From the NCBI GenBank assembly GCA_044892525.1, contig CM097885.1:4030001-4094000 (forward strand): 64,000 nucleotides of DNA, in the 5' to 3' direction. Within the stretch, counting starts at the first letter, position 1; every line of letters begins with the position of its first letter. Position numbers and translations under genes: made by a program. The stretch comes from Schmidtea polychroa. Lineage: Eukaryota. Shown piece by piece: positions 1 to 12,074 of this stretch. The notes beneath the pieces are model-generated. The model did no database searches. It was not told the DNA's origin and saw nothing but the letters and a program-made list of their open reading frames with translations.

Positions 1-1419
1 TGGTGAGACAGATTTTATGGGGTTTTGAGGAACAGATAATTAAAAGGGAAAAAAATTGGAAATAGATTTGGTGTTCGAGTGGTGATACTAGTGTGAGTGA
101 TAGAAAAATTGATGAGATTCACAAGGTGTTTTCGCTTCTGAGAATATCTTAATTCAAATATCGTCTCGACGAGATTTATTTTTCGGAGTAATGAGTGGGT
201 CTAAAATAGGATTTATCATAGCTGAGCTCTTATACTTTTACTTGTGTGATGGGATGATTAAGGTGAAGTGACGAATTTTGTGCGAATTTTCCGAATGTAA
301 AGAAATTGCTAACTATGCCAAATGTGCGACACCCTCAATCACTGTGTAGACCTGCTCCTGACACTCCCTGCCATCTAAATTTTTATAATACGAATTCTCT
401 TCCAATACTCTGCATAAATTTTATCTTCACCCTAGCATTTCCCACTAGATTAGGCACATCTTCAGCGACGGACCTGTGAGGAAGCCCCCACATTTCGGCC
501 TGAGTCAGCTGCGTGACTGAAATGCTCCGTACCCACCTGCTGAGCACCCGAAGGCCCCTCACACCATGGTAAGAAACATTTCAGCTCCACGTTACTCATT
601 GAATTTTTAATAAATCATAAAAAAATAAAACATAAAACATATAAAACTCGCAAAAAAAAAATAATAGTTGCTACTAATTATACCATAAAATTAATTATTT
701 AATGATATCGAGTGAAAAGAGAAGTGTCCTTTAAAAGTCCTTTAATTTTACATTCAGATATTACAAATAATAAATTACTTAATCAGATTACATATTAATG
801 CAAAACTAAAATTTTCCAAAGTATCCGTTCGAAATAGGTAAGATTTAATTCTAAAGTTTTGTTGAAGTAATAACTCGACTGATTTGTGGGCTGAATCGAT
901 GGTTTTGTTTTCAATTTCTCCTAGGTTGTCCTGATGATTGATCTATATAACTGTTGAACGCTAAATGGTTAATTTGTTAACACTGCATGTAATTAAAAGT
1001 CTTCTTACCTAAATGGTTAATTTGTTAACAATGAAATTTTTGTTTCAGTGCTTACCTTATATACTAATTTTTGCGTATGTGCGGACCAATCAAAATTGAG
1101 TGCCGCTTAATTATTTATTTTAATTTAATTTTTATGTTTTTTGATAATTTTCTTATTTTTTCTTTATTTTTATTATATTTTTTATTTATTTTCTTAATTT
1201 TCTTATTAACTACTTGATTTTTGTGTTATTTTCCTTATTATTGCAGTTTTTCTTATCTTAATTTTTAATTTTAATTTTTTGTTTTAGTTTTCATTGCCTA
1301 ATTTATTATTTCTTCTTTATTATGTGTCTTATTTTATTTTTAATTTTTTGTTTATTTTTACTCATTTGTTTATCATGTTTGTCTTAATGCTATTTTCTTA
1401 TTTTTTATTTCAATTCAGC

Positions 1420-2184
1420 CCAACAGTAGTTTTTCATTGTATAGTTCCGTAGGGCATTCGTTTTTATTGAGTGAGAAATATCCTGATTTTGATGGTTTAA
1501 ATTAAAATTTACTTTTGTGCAAGGTTAACTGTTTCTGTCAGTGCTTTCTAATTGATATTTAAGAGAGAGATGTTGGTATAATATCGCCTGCATTAGCTAA
1601 TATGCTGATATTATGTCCATGGAAAAGAAAAGGATGATCTACTAGGATTTATTTAGTATAAAATCAATTGCTAACCAAAAATAAGTCATAGATATTGAGC
1701 AACCTTGTTTAACCCCCTTTATAAAAGGTACTGAAGATGATTTTTCTCCTTCACATTCAAAGAAGGTTTCTACACCATTATACATATCTTTAATTAGATT
1801 TACGGTTTTGTCGATAAGACCCATTTCTGTTAAATTGTGCCATATGAGGTCATGTTTGATGGACCCGAAGGCGTCTGAAATATCCACGGTCGGTCTTTGC
1901 ATAGCCAAGTGATCCCTTAATAGTTTCAAAATCTCCTCCTTAGGTTTAATTTTAAATTTAAATCTTTTAACAGATAAAAGTTCACAGTCAGATTTTAATT
2001 TTTTATGAATTACATCAGGCATTTTAGGGAAATTATATCTTTGTGGATTAATGTTTCCATTTATCCTTTCCAATTCATTTAGGGCAAATTGAGTATCAAT
2101 TTTGTTTGTGTTTAGTTGTGTAGTTAAGGTATTTATGAAGGATAAGATGATTGCAGATGAGAAAGGTTGATTAAGGTGGGTCAT
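1420..2184 (-). mobile_element. Decayed non-LTR retrotransposon reverse transcriptase fragment (R2/NeSL-like, restriction-like-endonuclease group)
   Basis: ORF 1642-2184 contains DISDAFGSIKH..MY..KGVKQGCSIS (RT domains 3-4). Reading on past its stop gives SILANAGDI (decayed YADD) and PSKSGYF. The N-terminal half of the ORF is not RT-like. Confidence 0.75.
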
Positions 2185-5100
2185 TACATCTGGTGTATTC
2201 TATATGGATCTTGGTTTCTTTTGTCATCGCCAAGTCGAACTGAAGGAGACAAATAAATATTTGATGGCTGTCTATCACAGAAATAGCAAAGTTTGAGCAT
2301 AAAGTTAACATCCCGACAAGAGTTCATTAAAACTGTCAAACCAAACTAGATGGTTACATATGATGATCACATGGTTTATGTAAATCCCAGCGGTTACATA
2401 ACAATGTGTATGATTACGTCACCATCAGCTACCCGATAATTGTGTAATACATACAAGGGACACGGTAATATTGGCACGGTAAGCTCACAGTATAATAGTG
2501 GGTAAATAACCAATTAAGTAACCAATAGAGAAAATATCGTCAAAACGACCATTTAGATTAGTTCCCTCACACGTTCATTGAGAATTCTTCTTACAGAGTT
2601 TCTTTAACTCAAAGATCGGCTATAATTTAGAAGTCGAGACGAATCCATGATCATAATTGTCCATCTGAATTTGCAGAAATCAGCTATAGGATATTCCGTA
2701 TAGAAATACATATTTCAATTAGCATCAACATCCATGGGCGTATCTCGATTTTCGATGAATTTTTATCATCACGACCAACATGCGGCATTTGTTGGCCATT
2801 GATTAAGGCCATTGATGGGCATATAATAAGCATCCGCTTAATGTTAGGAGATTTAACGTAAATGCAATAATAGACGGCATAAAGAATTGCAAAGGCCCGA
2901 GAAATGGATTTAATCAAATAGACAAAGTTGTTTATCAGATCTACTTGACTCGATATGGGTGTTGATAATAAATTGAATTAATGTAAATTCACCCCGGAAA
3001 CCGAGGAAAGCTTTAGGTCAATAAATAACGAATATAAAGAGATAGTTTATCCCCATAGCCGATCTACAGCTAGGACCGAACACCCGATATGACAAGAATA
3101 TGATAAACAAAATAAAATTTTCTCGAATAACTAATATCCAATTAAGCCCTTTTAATAAATTATCTGTCGGAAAAGTATTATTCTTAATCATTCTCATCTG
3201 AAGTCTCATAGTTCCTAAAGTTAAGCAATAAAAATCTTTCATCGACTCTAACCAAATCATATTTTCCCAAACTTATAGTACTTAATCATTAATAAACTGA
3301 TGATTTAAATTCAATACAAAGGTAAAATTCATCAATAAGAGCAGAAGGCCAAGGTATTACGGCTGGTGCACTGTAGGGATAGTTCGGAAATACCCGATAA
3401 AAGACGGGAAAAACATGTTTCCGTTGCACCAACAAGAGAATCAACTACAGTTGCCAAGGACCAGTTGTGTTGAGCAAGGATGCCATTTCCTACCTCTGAT
3501 GGATCACGTTCTCTCCGGATCATCTAAACCCAATCGTGTATCTACGGAAACCACAGAAATCACTAAAGCGTCGATACCTCTTCCTGATAATAAGTATCTC
3601 GCCTCATCTGCGAAGAAACGGAAACGGCCATGTCGGGCCGAGAAGAATCAAAAGCGACGACATACTATTGCTGCTCTAGAAGTGACCCTGTTCACTGCTC
3701 AATCTTCTAAAGAGAAAGTTCCCAAGATCGATATTTCCGGATAGTTTCCACCGAGATATCGCATCTACGAGAAGAAGCAAGGCTACAGGTTGACATAGAC
3801 GCCCTGTTAGCTGAGGGCGAAATGTTTTAAACTGCTCAAATGACCCGTATCCCGAATGAAGTGTGAAATTGTATCATGTCCTTTGACATTCGGTGTAGAA
3901 TTCATTTGTGTTTTCACGTTGTGCAATAAAATTTATTAGTGTTGAATTTGATATGGTCAACTTCGTTGTTTTAATTTTGTGTTTGGAATTCATGGAGAGT
4001 TATGTAATCTAGAGGTTTAATCATAGAAAGACGTCCCTGGGACCAGGATGTCGGTTTGTGTAAATCAGACGAGGTAAGACCTTCAACGGCACTCTAGAAC
4101 CCGAACTGTGAAATTTACCAGGAATAGTTCTCCCATGGGAGCTCACCTGCCTGTAGATTCCGACCTATGTACGCAGTACCAACGTGTTACATCACTACGG
4201 GCGCACATAAGGGAGATGATTCACAAACCATGAAGATTACTTGGGTTATTCCATCTGAACATATAAATAGTTTCTTTTTCCCGCTAAGTAACCAACAAAT
4301 TTATTTATTTTTACATAGCGATAATTTACACTAAGTTCAAAGTTTTCTTTATTACTCTCACTAAATCTTTCGTTTAATTTTCTTCCATCAATTGGCAATT
4401 CTGTTTTCTCGCCGGTCACTTTTATACCTCTCTCGTAATTTGATTTCGCTGTGTAAAATTAGTTCGGATCCAATTTTACCCCGGGCATCCTCTTGTCGCT
4501 TTGAAGAATTTCTCCTTTGACGACTTACCTTAATTTGATTTTGATGTTCTCTCACATAGCTCAGGTTTTCCATTGTCCCGGGTTTTCCAGTTGTTATGTT
4601 AAATGTTTACTCTTAGCTTGTATCTAATTTGTATAAGATTATTTAAGAAATTTGATGAGCTCGAAAGAGTCTCCGTTAAAACTTGTGGCGGGACAATCGG
4701 GGTGCGTGTGTATCTGCGTGCTTATGACACCCCAAATAAAATGTATAAAAAAATTAACAATAACAGTTGTAAACGATAACAATTTTTATTAAAGAAATAA
4801 TATATATAAAATAATCGACCTGAAACCTCGGCTCATAGAAATTGGACAAGTCTTTATAATTTTCTTTTTTTATCTTTTTCGGGATTTTATTCTTGAATTG
4901 TTAATGTTTGATAATATTCCTTTTAATATTTTTCAGAACTTTAATCTCGAATTGTTTAGGTTTTATAATTTTCTTTTTTATCTTTTTCGGAACTTTATTC
5001 TTGAGTATCTTAAGATTAATCTTCTATATAACTTTCTGTTTTCTTAGTTATCTAAATTTCTAATTCGATTTTTTTATTTTGTCAATTTTTACTATAGCAA

Positions 5101-6551
5101 ATTATCGCTATATAGTTTTTTTAATAATTTTAGTTCCAGGAAGTCGAGAACGCCAAAACAGAAGTAAAAATAAAACCTAATTGAGGTTCTGTTTTGGTTC
5201 ATAATTATATTTAAAAAATGTAAAATTCTACTACACCAGTGTCTCTGATTCTCCATTAGTTAATTAAATTTTAATAAATTTTAGTTTTTTATAAGTAATG
5301 ACCCCCAATGAATTTATTTTTTTCATAAATGCCTTTAAGTAAATCTATCAGCGACACTAGGACATTTAAAAACACACCGAACGAATTTCAGGTTCCAAAA
5401 TATTTTCTTATAGCTTTTATATTTAAGATCCAGCTGGTTGTCTTATTTTCTAATTTTTTTAAATATTAAGTATTTCAAGATAAATTTCGTAAGTATAATT
5501 CATTTATAAAATTTATCAAATTTGTGATTTTAAATATTAATTAAATATTAATTATTAATTTACATAAAATGATTTTTGTTTTAATAATATTATATTTGAA
5601 CATTTAGCGAATGAAAAAGTGAATAAATTTATGAAATGTTAGATTATTTAATATTAAATCAGGCCGCTAGCTGTTATAAAGTATCTCATTACAAATGCAA
5701 ATGGCGGGCGAAGCAATGCAGAGTAACAATATGATTATTATTATATTATTATTAATTTATAAGATAAATTTTTTTGTAAAATTCATTTATAAAATTTATC
5801 AAATTTGTGAATTTAAATATTAATTTACATGAAATCATTTTTGATTTAATAATATTATATTTGAACATTTAGCTAATGAAAAAGTGAATAAATTTATGAA
5901 ATGTTACATTATTTAATATTAAATCATTTCATTAGCTGTTAAGAAGATCTCATTAAAAGAATGCGTAACAGAATTTGATAGAGTTTAGAAAACACCGATT
6001 GCCCTCATCGCATCGACAGCTCTCATTTTGGTAAACTTACCCAAACTGATGTGAAAGCAATTTGGACCATTTTATCAGTATTGTTGTTGCGGATTGCGTT
6101 GAAATGCCTCACAAATAGCTGGCGGAGGTGAAATGTTAAGGCATTAATCAATTTGATATAAGGCAATTTTAGTATTGGATTTAGGTGCATTTTACTGCCA
6201 TTCAATACAGCAATAATTTCTCCACAACTCATATAACATCAGCAGCAGCAGCGATGGCGGTTTTCTCGTCGGTTCCATTCGTCATAGGAGCGCTTGATTT
6301 GTTGAGGCGATTTGACAGCGCTTATATTCGGGTGAATTTTGATTGGATTATTTCTTTCACATTAATTATTAATTTAATTATAATAAATATAATGATAATA
6401 TCGGATGGAAGGCGCGCGGGGGGGGGAGAGTGACAATGATTATCGCAATGATTAGCTCATATAATAAATCAATAATAATAATAAGGCAAATAATAAATCA
6501 GATCAAAAGCCAAAATAAATCAATTTTTTATTGAAATGTTTTTCTAATTTT

Positions 6552-7972
6552 TCATAATTTTTCAATTCTGCACCTGAGCAGCAATTTATCACTTTTGGCT
6601 GCTAATTTATAGATTGAGCTATCATAATCATAAATGCAAATCGGATCATTTCTGTCATCTGACGGTTTCCCCCATCCGGCTGCATCAGGGCGATCTGAAT
6701 ATTTCACTGACTCGCTCCTATAAATGCTGCCATTTGCTGGATCGATCACATCGATTGCCACCGATTGATTGAACGGCCAATCCAATTGCTCATCATTTGC
6801 CCCACGCATCACACAGAAACCAACATCAACCCAATCACCCCTAATCATCACCCACAAGCACATTTTGTAACCGATTAGCCCGGAATAAAATGCCTCGCTG
6901 TAAATATATTCATTTCTCTTTTGTTGTGAAAATTTATCGATTTGCCATTCAAAAAATCCATAATTTATATATTTTTCACTTCCTAATTTTGTTTCAACCT
7001 GCCGAATTTCATTGGCGCATTTCGCCATTTCAAGCTGCAGCTGAATCTCAAATTCAAACATTTCAATAAATCAATAAATCACCTTTTCATTCTCCCGTTG
7101 CAGCCGCTGCTCGCATTTCTCTTTCATCTCATCAATTTGCTGTTGACATTTTGATTCAATCACCTCAATTTGCTCTTTGATCTGCTTTGCATCAATAACA
7201 AATCAATAACAAATCAAATCAATAATCAAACTTGATTGATTGATCCAATATTTGTCTCCATCCCCATTCTCAATGAGCGATTCTCATTCTTCAATGCCAC
7301 CATTTCCTCATTCAATTCTTCTATTTCTGCTCTGTTCTCCGCCTCTTTCCTTTCTATATCGCACAATTTCACCTACAATCACAAATATCAATAAATTAAT
7401 TACAAATAAGATTTTACATTGATATTGGTAATTTCCTCACGCAATTTGGCATTCTCCTCTCTCATTGCCTTCATCTCATTGCACAAATTGCTGATCTGAT
7501 CAATCAGTAATTTGCTATGACCTTCATTGTTCTCATTGAGATGGACTCCCATTTCATCCTTCACCACCTCATTGGTTTCGCATCCAATCCTATTGAACGG
7601 GCATTTTATTGGCTGCTTGGTGCATGTTCTCATGTGGCTCTCCATCGCATCTAATTCATCTTTGAATTGACAATTTTGCATTGGGCATCTCACTATCACT
7701 TCTGAAATCCGTAAATTGATCGCCTGATCTTCATAAACATCTTTATTGAAATTTATCATTTTTTTCCCGCAATGTTTTGCTGCTCCTGGACAGAATTTAT
7801 CCGCTCCATCCAAATAATGCTCAATGCAATCAGAACAAAAGCGACAACCGCAAGGAGCATTGCAAGCCTTTATCATTAAACATTTGCAAATTCTGCATAT
7901 CAATTCACTGCTGATTTCATTATCAAATTCAAATTTATTTCTCTTCATCATTTCCCATACGCTTGCAAACAT
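6552..7972 (-). CDS. TRAF-like protein (RING, TRAF zinc finger, coiled coil, MATH domain), 4 exons
   Basis: Exons 7972-7418, 7372-7232, 7184-7083 and 7046 (or 7040)-6552 join in frame across phase-0 GT-AG introns of 45, 47 and 36 (or 42) nt. RING: CRIC..CGCRFCSDC..CP. Zinc finger: CPMQNC..HMRTC..CPFNRIGC. MATH: YSEAFY..GYKMCL..VMRGANDEQLDWPF. Confidence 0.9.
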
Positions 7973-8419
7973 TTTATCTAAAATTAATAAAATTATCAAA
8001 ATATTTCAACATTTTACAACATAAATCATAAATCATACTTATTATATTAATTATTTCCTCTGACGTTTACAATTTCAATATTTATAATTTGTATTTTGAT
8101 GTAGATAAACAAACATTTTTTAAATATTGTATTTTAGCTTTGAGCGCAATTCATAATATTAATAATGTTAATTTTCAGCGTTTTTCTCATTTTAAATCTT
8201 AAAAAATTATTTAAATTATAATTTGATAACAAAAAGTAAAATTTTAATGGAAAGTTAAATAAATCCAAATTAAAAATAGATCAAAATATAAAAAAATTAT
8301 TAAAATAAAAAAAAAGTAATTATTTAAAGAAATTTATCTGAAATTAGAATTTATTTGAACAGGTTAAAAAGAAATTCAAAATCATCAAAGCAAAAATAGA
8401 AATCTAAATAAAATCAATA

Positions 8420-8700
8420 TAAACATTACAAGCTTTAAGATACCCAGTGCAAATCCCAATAGTAGACGAGTTTCGAGCTTTTGGCTCTCATCAGTACTAT
8501 GCGGGAGACGCGAAGATTTCTCTTCGCGCCAGTTAAGTATACAAAATTGCTGATTCAACTCGATTGCGTACTTTCTCTGGTACACTGGAAATCGCATTCA
8601 CAGAAAATAATTCACAGAAAAAATATCTGCAAACTTGTAAAAATGGCGAATGAAAAATCATATTCACCTCTGGAGAACAAAATAGTATTGACACAGAAAT
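8420..8700 (-). mobile_element. Short repeat carrying a hammerhead ribozyme (Penelope-like pLTR or retrozyme-like), copy 1
   Basis: Aligns by eye with 46450-46715 in the opposite orientation. A degenerate inverted partial copy of its tail lies at about 8737-8800 (+). Confidence 0.75.
8459..8500 (-). ncRNA. Minimal type I hammerhead ribozyme
   Basis: Minus strand reads ATAGTA-CTGATGA-GAG-CCAAAAG-CTC-GAAA-CTCG-TC-TACTAT: 6-bp stem I, intact CUGAUGA and GAAA core, 3-bp stem II, 2-bp stem III, GUC cleavage triplet. Confidence 0.8.
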
Positions 8701-8889
8701 TTTTCACAAGTGCATCCGTAAACCTTTAGCTAAGCTCAAACTTCTCTACCATTGGGATTTGCACTGGTTATCACAAAGCTTGTAATGTTTATATTATTCA
8801 AATGTTAGACATCCATTACACCATTAAAATTCAATATTGTTTCTTGAAATACTTTTTAACAAAATAACAAAAAATTTTCATTAAATTTT

Positions 8890-9230
8890 TAAAGAAAAAT
8901 TGTTTAGGATTTGAATATAATTTAACTGGGTAAAGCTAAACGGGTTATTAATGTATTCAGGAATTGTGAGGTTTTGGCCATTGATCTAATGATCTCGATA
9001 TGGTTATAAATTTTGGGAATGATCCACAATTAGATAAGAATGAATGAATGTAAATTGACTGATATGTCGAATGATGTAGTGAATATTAGCATTGATACTA
9101 ACAAACAAGATGAGCCAAAATATACGATGATATTGCCGTATTAGGAAGGATATAAAGATTTCAAAAGAAAGATAGGTGAACAACTAGCTAGACAAAGATT
9201 TCTCTATATTAAAAATAATAGTGAATCAAG
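8890..9230 (+). mobile_element. Possible Penelope-like RT C-terminal remnant
   Basis: Broken frames give AKRVINV..GYKF and MILPY*EGYKDFKRKI, weakly resembling the Penelope NGYP and LPY..G segments. It lies next to the hammerhead repeat. Confidence 0.25.
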
Positions 9231-11628
9231 TGAATTTGATTAATTAATTTGATAATTAAAATAAAAATGATGACAAATAATAACAAAAAAAATAATAAAG
9301 GTAAAATTATAATAATAATAATATAAATAAAAAAATAATAATACTAATAGAAATAACAAAATGATTACTATAATATAAATAATTATAATTATTATTATTA
9401 ATAATAATATTAATAAAAAAATATAATAATTAAAAAAATTAATAATAATAAAAAATTATACTAATTGAAATAACAAATTAATAAGAAAAATTATAAATAA
9501 TAAAAATATATACAATTTAATAAAAAAATAATAAAAATGACAATAATAATAATCTTAATAAATTATAATCTAAAAAAATTATAAAAATAAAAATTATTAA
9601 TAATAAATATAGTTATAATAAAATTAATAATAATAGAAAAAAATGATAAAAATATTCAAAGAAAGAATTTGAATTTAATAAACAATTAATTACTTACAAT
9701 TAATTAATAAAGGAGTGAATTCTGTACAATAATGAATTTAAAATTAATGTAATTTTGATGATAAAAATCAATAAAAAAATAAAAAACAATATAATTATAT
9801 TTTTAATTAAAAATTAATTTTAAAATAACAAAATATTCAATAATGTTTTTCCATTAAAGTTACTGAAAATGAAAAAACAGAACAGAAGAATAAAACTCTG
9901 TCCTAATAATAATTTGTTTATTTGTTTTTTCGGATTCCGTTGGCCAATTCGAAAATAATTCGCTCGATTATCCCGATCAAATGCATCAAAATTTCGACCG
10001 TTTTTCTTTTTGATTCAGAAATGTCAAAGCTAGACAAAGATTTGTGACCGAGAGCTTGTCAAGTATTGTCGTAGGCTTCATCATCTCTCGTAGAACTGAC
10101 GAACAATCAACACAATAATGAATCCAATAGAGAAATAACTGAAAATAAACAAATGCAAACATTTTGCCTAAAATGATCAAATAAAATTTCCAAAAATCCC
10201 AAAGATTGTTTTTCTAGTCAAGTTTTTCATTTTTGAAAAATTTTAAATTTTCGCCACAAAAATCTTGAAGAGATACAAAATTGTTGTTGTCAACAAATAT
10301 ATTGGTGATGTCGTCCTCTATATTTTTGCCGAAATAATTTTTAAAAAATCTCAAAGCCCCACGCTACGGCGAGATAAAGCTTAAAAGTTAACCTTAAAAT
10401 CAATATTTGCAGTTTTTAATCAATAATTACACATTTAAATCAATAATTGAATTTCTTTTTAAAAATCGTTTAAAATCAATAAATGCACTTTAAAATCAAT
10501 AAAAATATTTTTAAATCAATAATCACTACTTGACCTTAAAAGGGCCCCATGTGGATGACCAGAGTGCGATAATTAATGGTGGTTTGTCACTTGTATGCCT
10601 CTCTACTATGCCGAGAGCGGAAATTTCGGCAAATATAAAAGCATATCACACGTTTCCATGAAATCTCTATAAATTCCCATTATAAAAAGGAAAGGGGTTG
10701 GGATAATTTCATATCATTTCATGCATCATCACAAACATTCCGCATGATTGCCTATTCTAAATTCGATTTCTGTTCCAATCAAATTGTATTTATTAATTAC
10801 AAATAGCTCTGAAATGCATTTAAAATCTTCATTTAATTTTTATTTAAAGATTTAACCAAAAAAAATAATTAGATTGATTTTCCTTACAGGCTGCCAAGCA
10901 ATTTGTCTTTGGGTAGGCNNNNNNNNNNNNNNNNNNNNNNNNNNNNNNNNNNNNNNNNNNNNNNNNNNNNNNNNNNNNNNNNNNNNNNNNNNNNNNNNNN
11001 NNNNNNNNNNNNNNNNNNNNNNNNNNNNNNNNNNNNNNNNNNNNNNNNNNNNNNNNNNNNNNNNNNNNNNNNNNNNNNNNNNNNNNNNNNNNNNNNNNNN
11101 NNNNNNNNNNNNNNNNNNTTATAAATATTAAATAATAATAAATAAATAAAAATAATTATAACATAAATAAATATTAATAAATGTAATAAAATTAATTAAT
11201 TTCTTTATTATTATAATAAAAATGTTAAATGAACCCGCCAAATTCAGACCGATCCTAAAATGCCTTTCCCAAGAATTATGAGTTATCGTATCAGCTCAGC
11301 GGTCGTTTTGGATTCTTTGATTTCCATTTACCGGGCAATTGAAAGGGCTGAATTCAACGCTAACAATCTAATTGAACTCCAGGAAGCCATTCGGCACTAA
11401 ATGGGCATCAAATCGAGCAGTGAAATCATGAAACGATCTCAGAATGGCGACCAAATAACCGAAGAGATGCAAGCAGCGAATGAACACAACTAATTGAATG
11501 CGCTAACATCAGAGAAATATCCGAGGAATCCAATCGAATTGACAATTGCATTGAGACCGAGCATGGAAAGCATTCACAATTGGCAGTGCAATCAGCCAGG
11601 TGGAATCCTCAGGTACGTGATGAACCAT

Positions 11629-11872
11629 TTATAGGAAATCCTCCACAAGCTGCAAATTATATGCCACTTTGTCTCTCCGTGTCGGTTGTATTTGCTTGAT
11701 ATCCATCTCGCCGCACTTTGGGCGCTGCCGTGGCGCTCCTTTAATCAATGCTATTATACACCTCTGCACATTCGGCATGCGCGCTCTCTCTGTCGCGGTT
11801 TCGTAATAGCTTATACCAGCATATTCCGCATGATAACCGCTCCTGGGTGCGCATTGGCGGTGCTCGATTCAT
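11629..11872 (-). pseudogene. Small C3HC4 RING-finger ORF (about 80 aa), decayed, divergent from the viral Rep
   Basis: Removing one extra G gives CGIC-x11-[S]AH-x2-CAEC-x11-[R]PKC. Both non-Cys ligands (AGC, CGC) are one base from TGC. Confidence 0.6.
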
Positions 11873-12074
11873 AATTTCTGATTAGTGCTGCTCATCCATA
11901 CAAATATATACATAGAGGTTTTGTTGTCATGGCTTTCCATTTGTCTATTTGCATTCCGTACTTGAATTTCCCCTTTACTTCACGCACAGGAACAATCGGC
12001 CTCGTGTCCGTTTCCTTGCCTCATTATTAACCAGTCTGTTAATATTAACTCAAGAGCAAAGCCATCTTAACAAA

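Noticed and set aside
430-600. GC-rich segment foldable into a multi-hairpin with a cUUCGg loop; considered HDV-like ribozyme, hammerhead, SRP and RNase MRP
   Set aside because: No complete P1/P1.1/P2 pseudoknot, hammerhead stem II or CR-V box could be built. It may be a LINE 5' region.
2400-3750. Scattered gypsy-RT-like and zinc-knuckle-like peptide hints
   Set aside because: They need many frameshifts and no motif is intact, so I cannot support a call without a profile search.
4630-4660. TGATGAGCTCGAAAGAG, hammerhead-like
   Set aside because: The C3 core base is missing and stems I and III are absent.
10874-11131. ORF-track entries made of X (also at 42.0, 44.0 and 55.1-55.5 kb)
   Set aside because: Artefacts of N gaps. 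Only the GLPGSGKST end at 55.5 kb is real and belongs to YLPM1.
11800-12060. Candidate CRESS origin nonamers (AGCTATTAC on the minus strand, CATTATTAA, TAATATTAA)
   Set aside because: None matches NANTATTAC within a convincing stem-loop.
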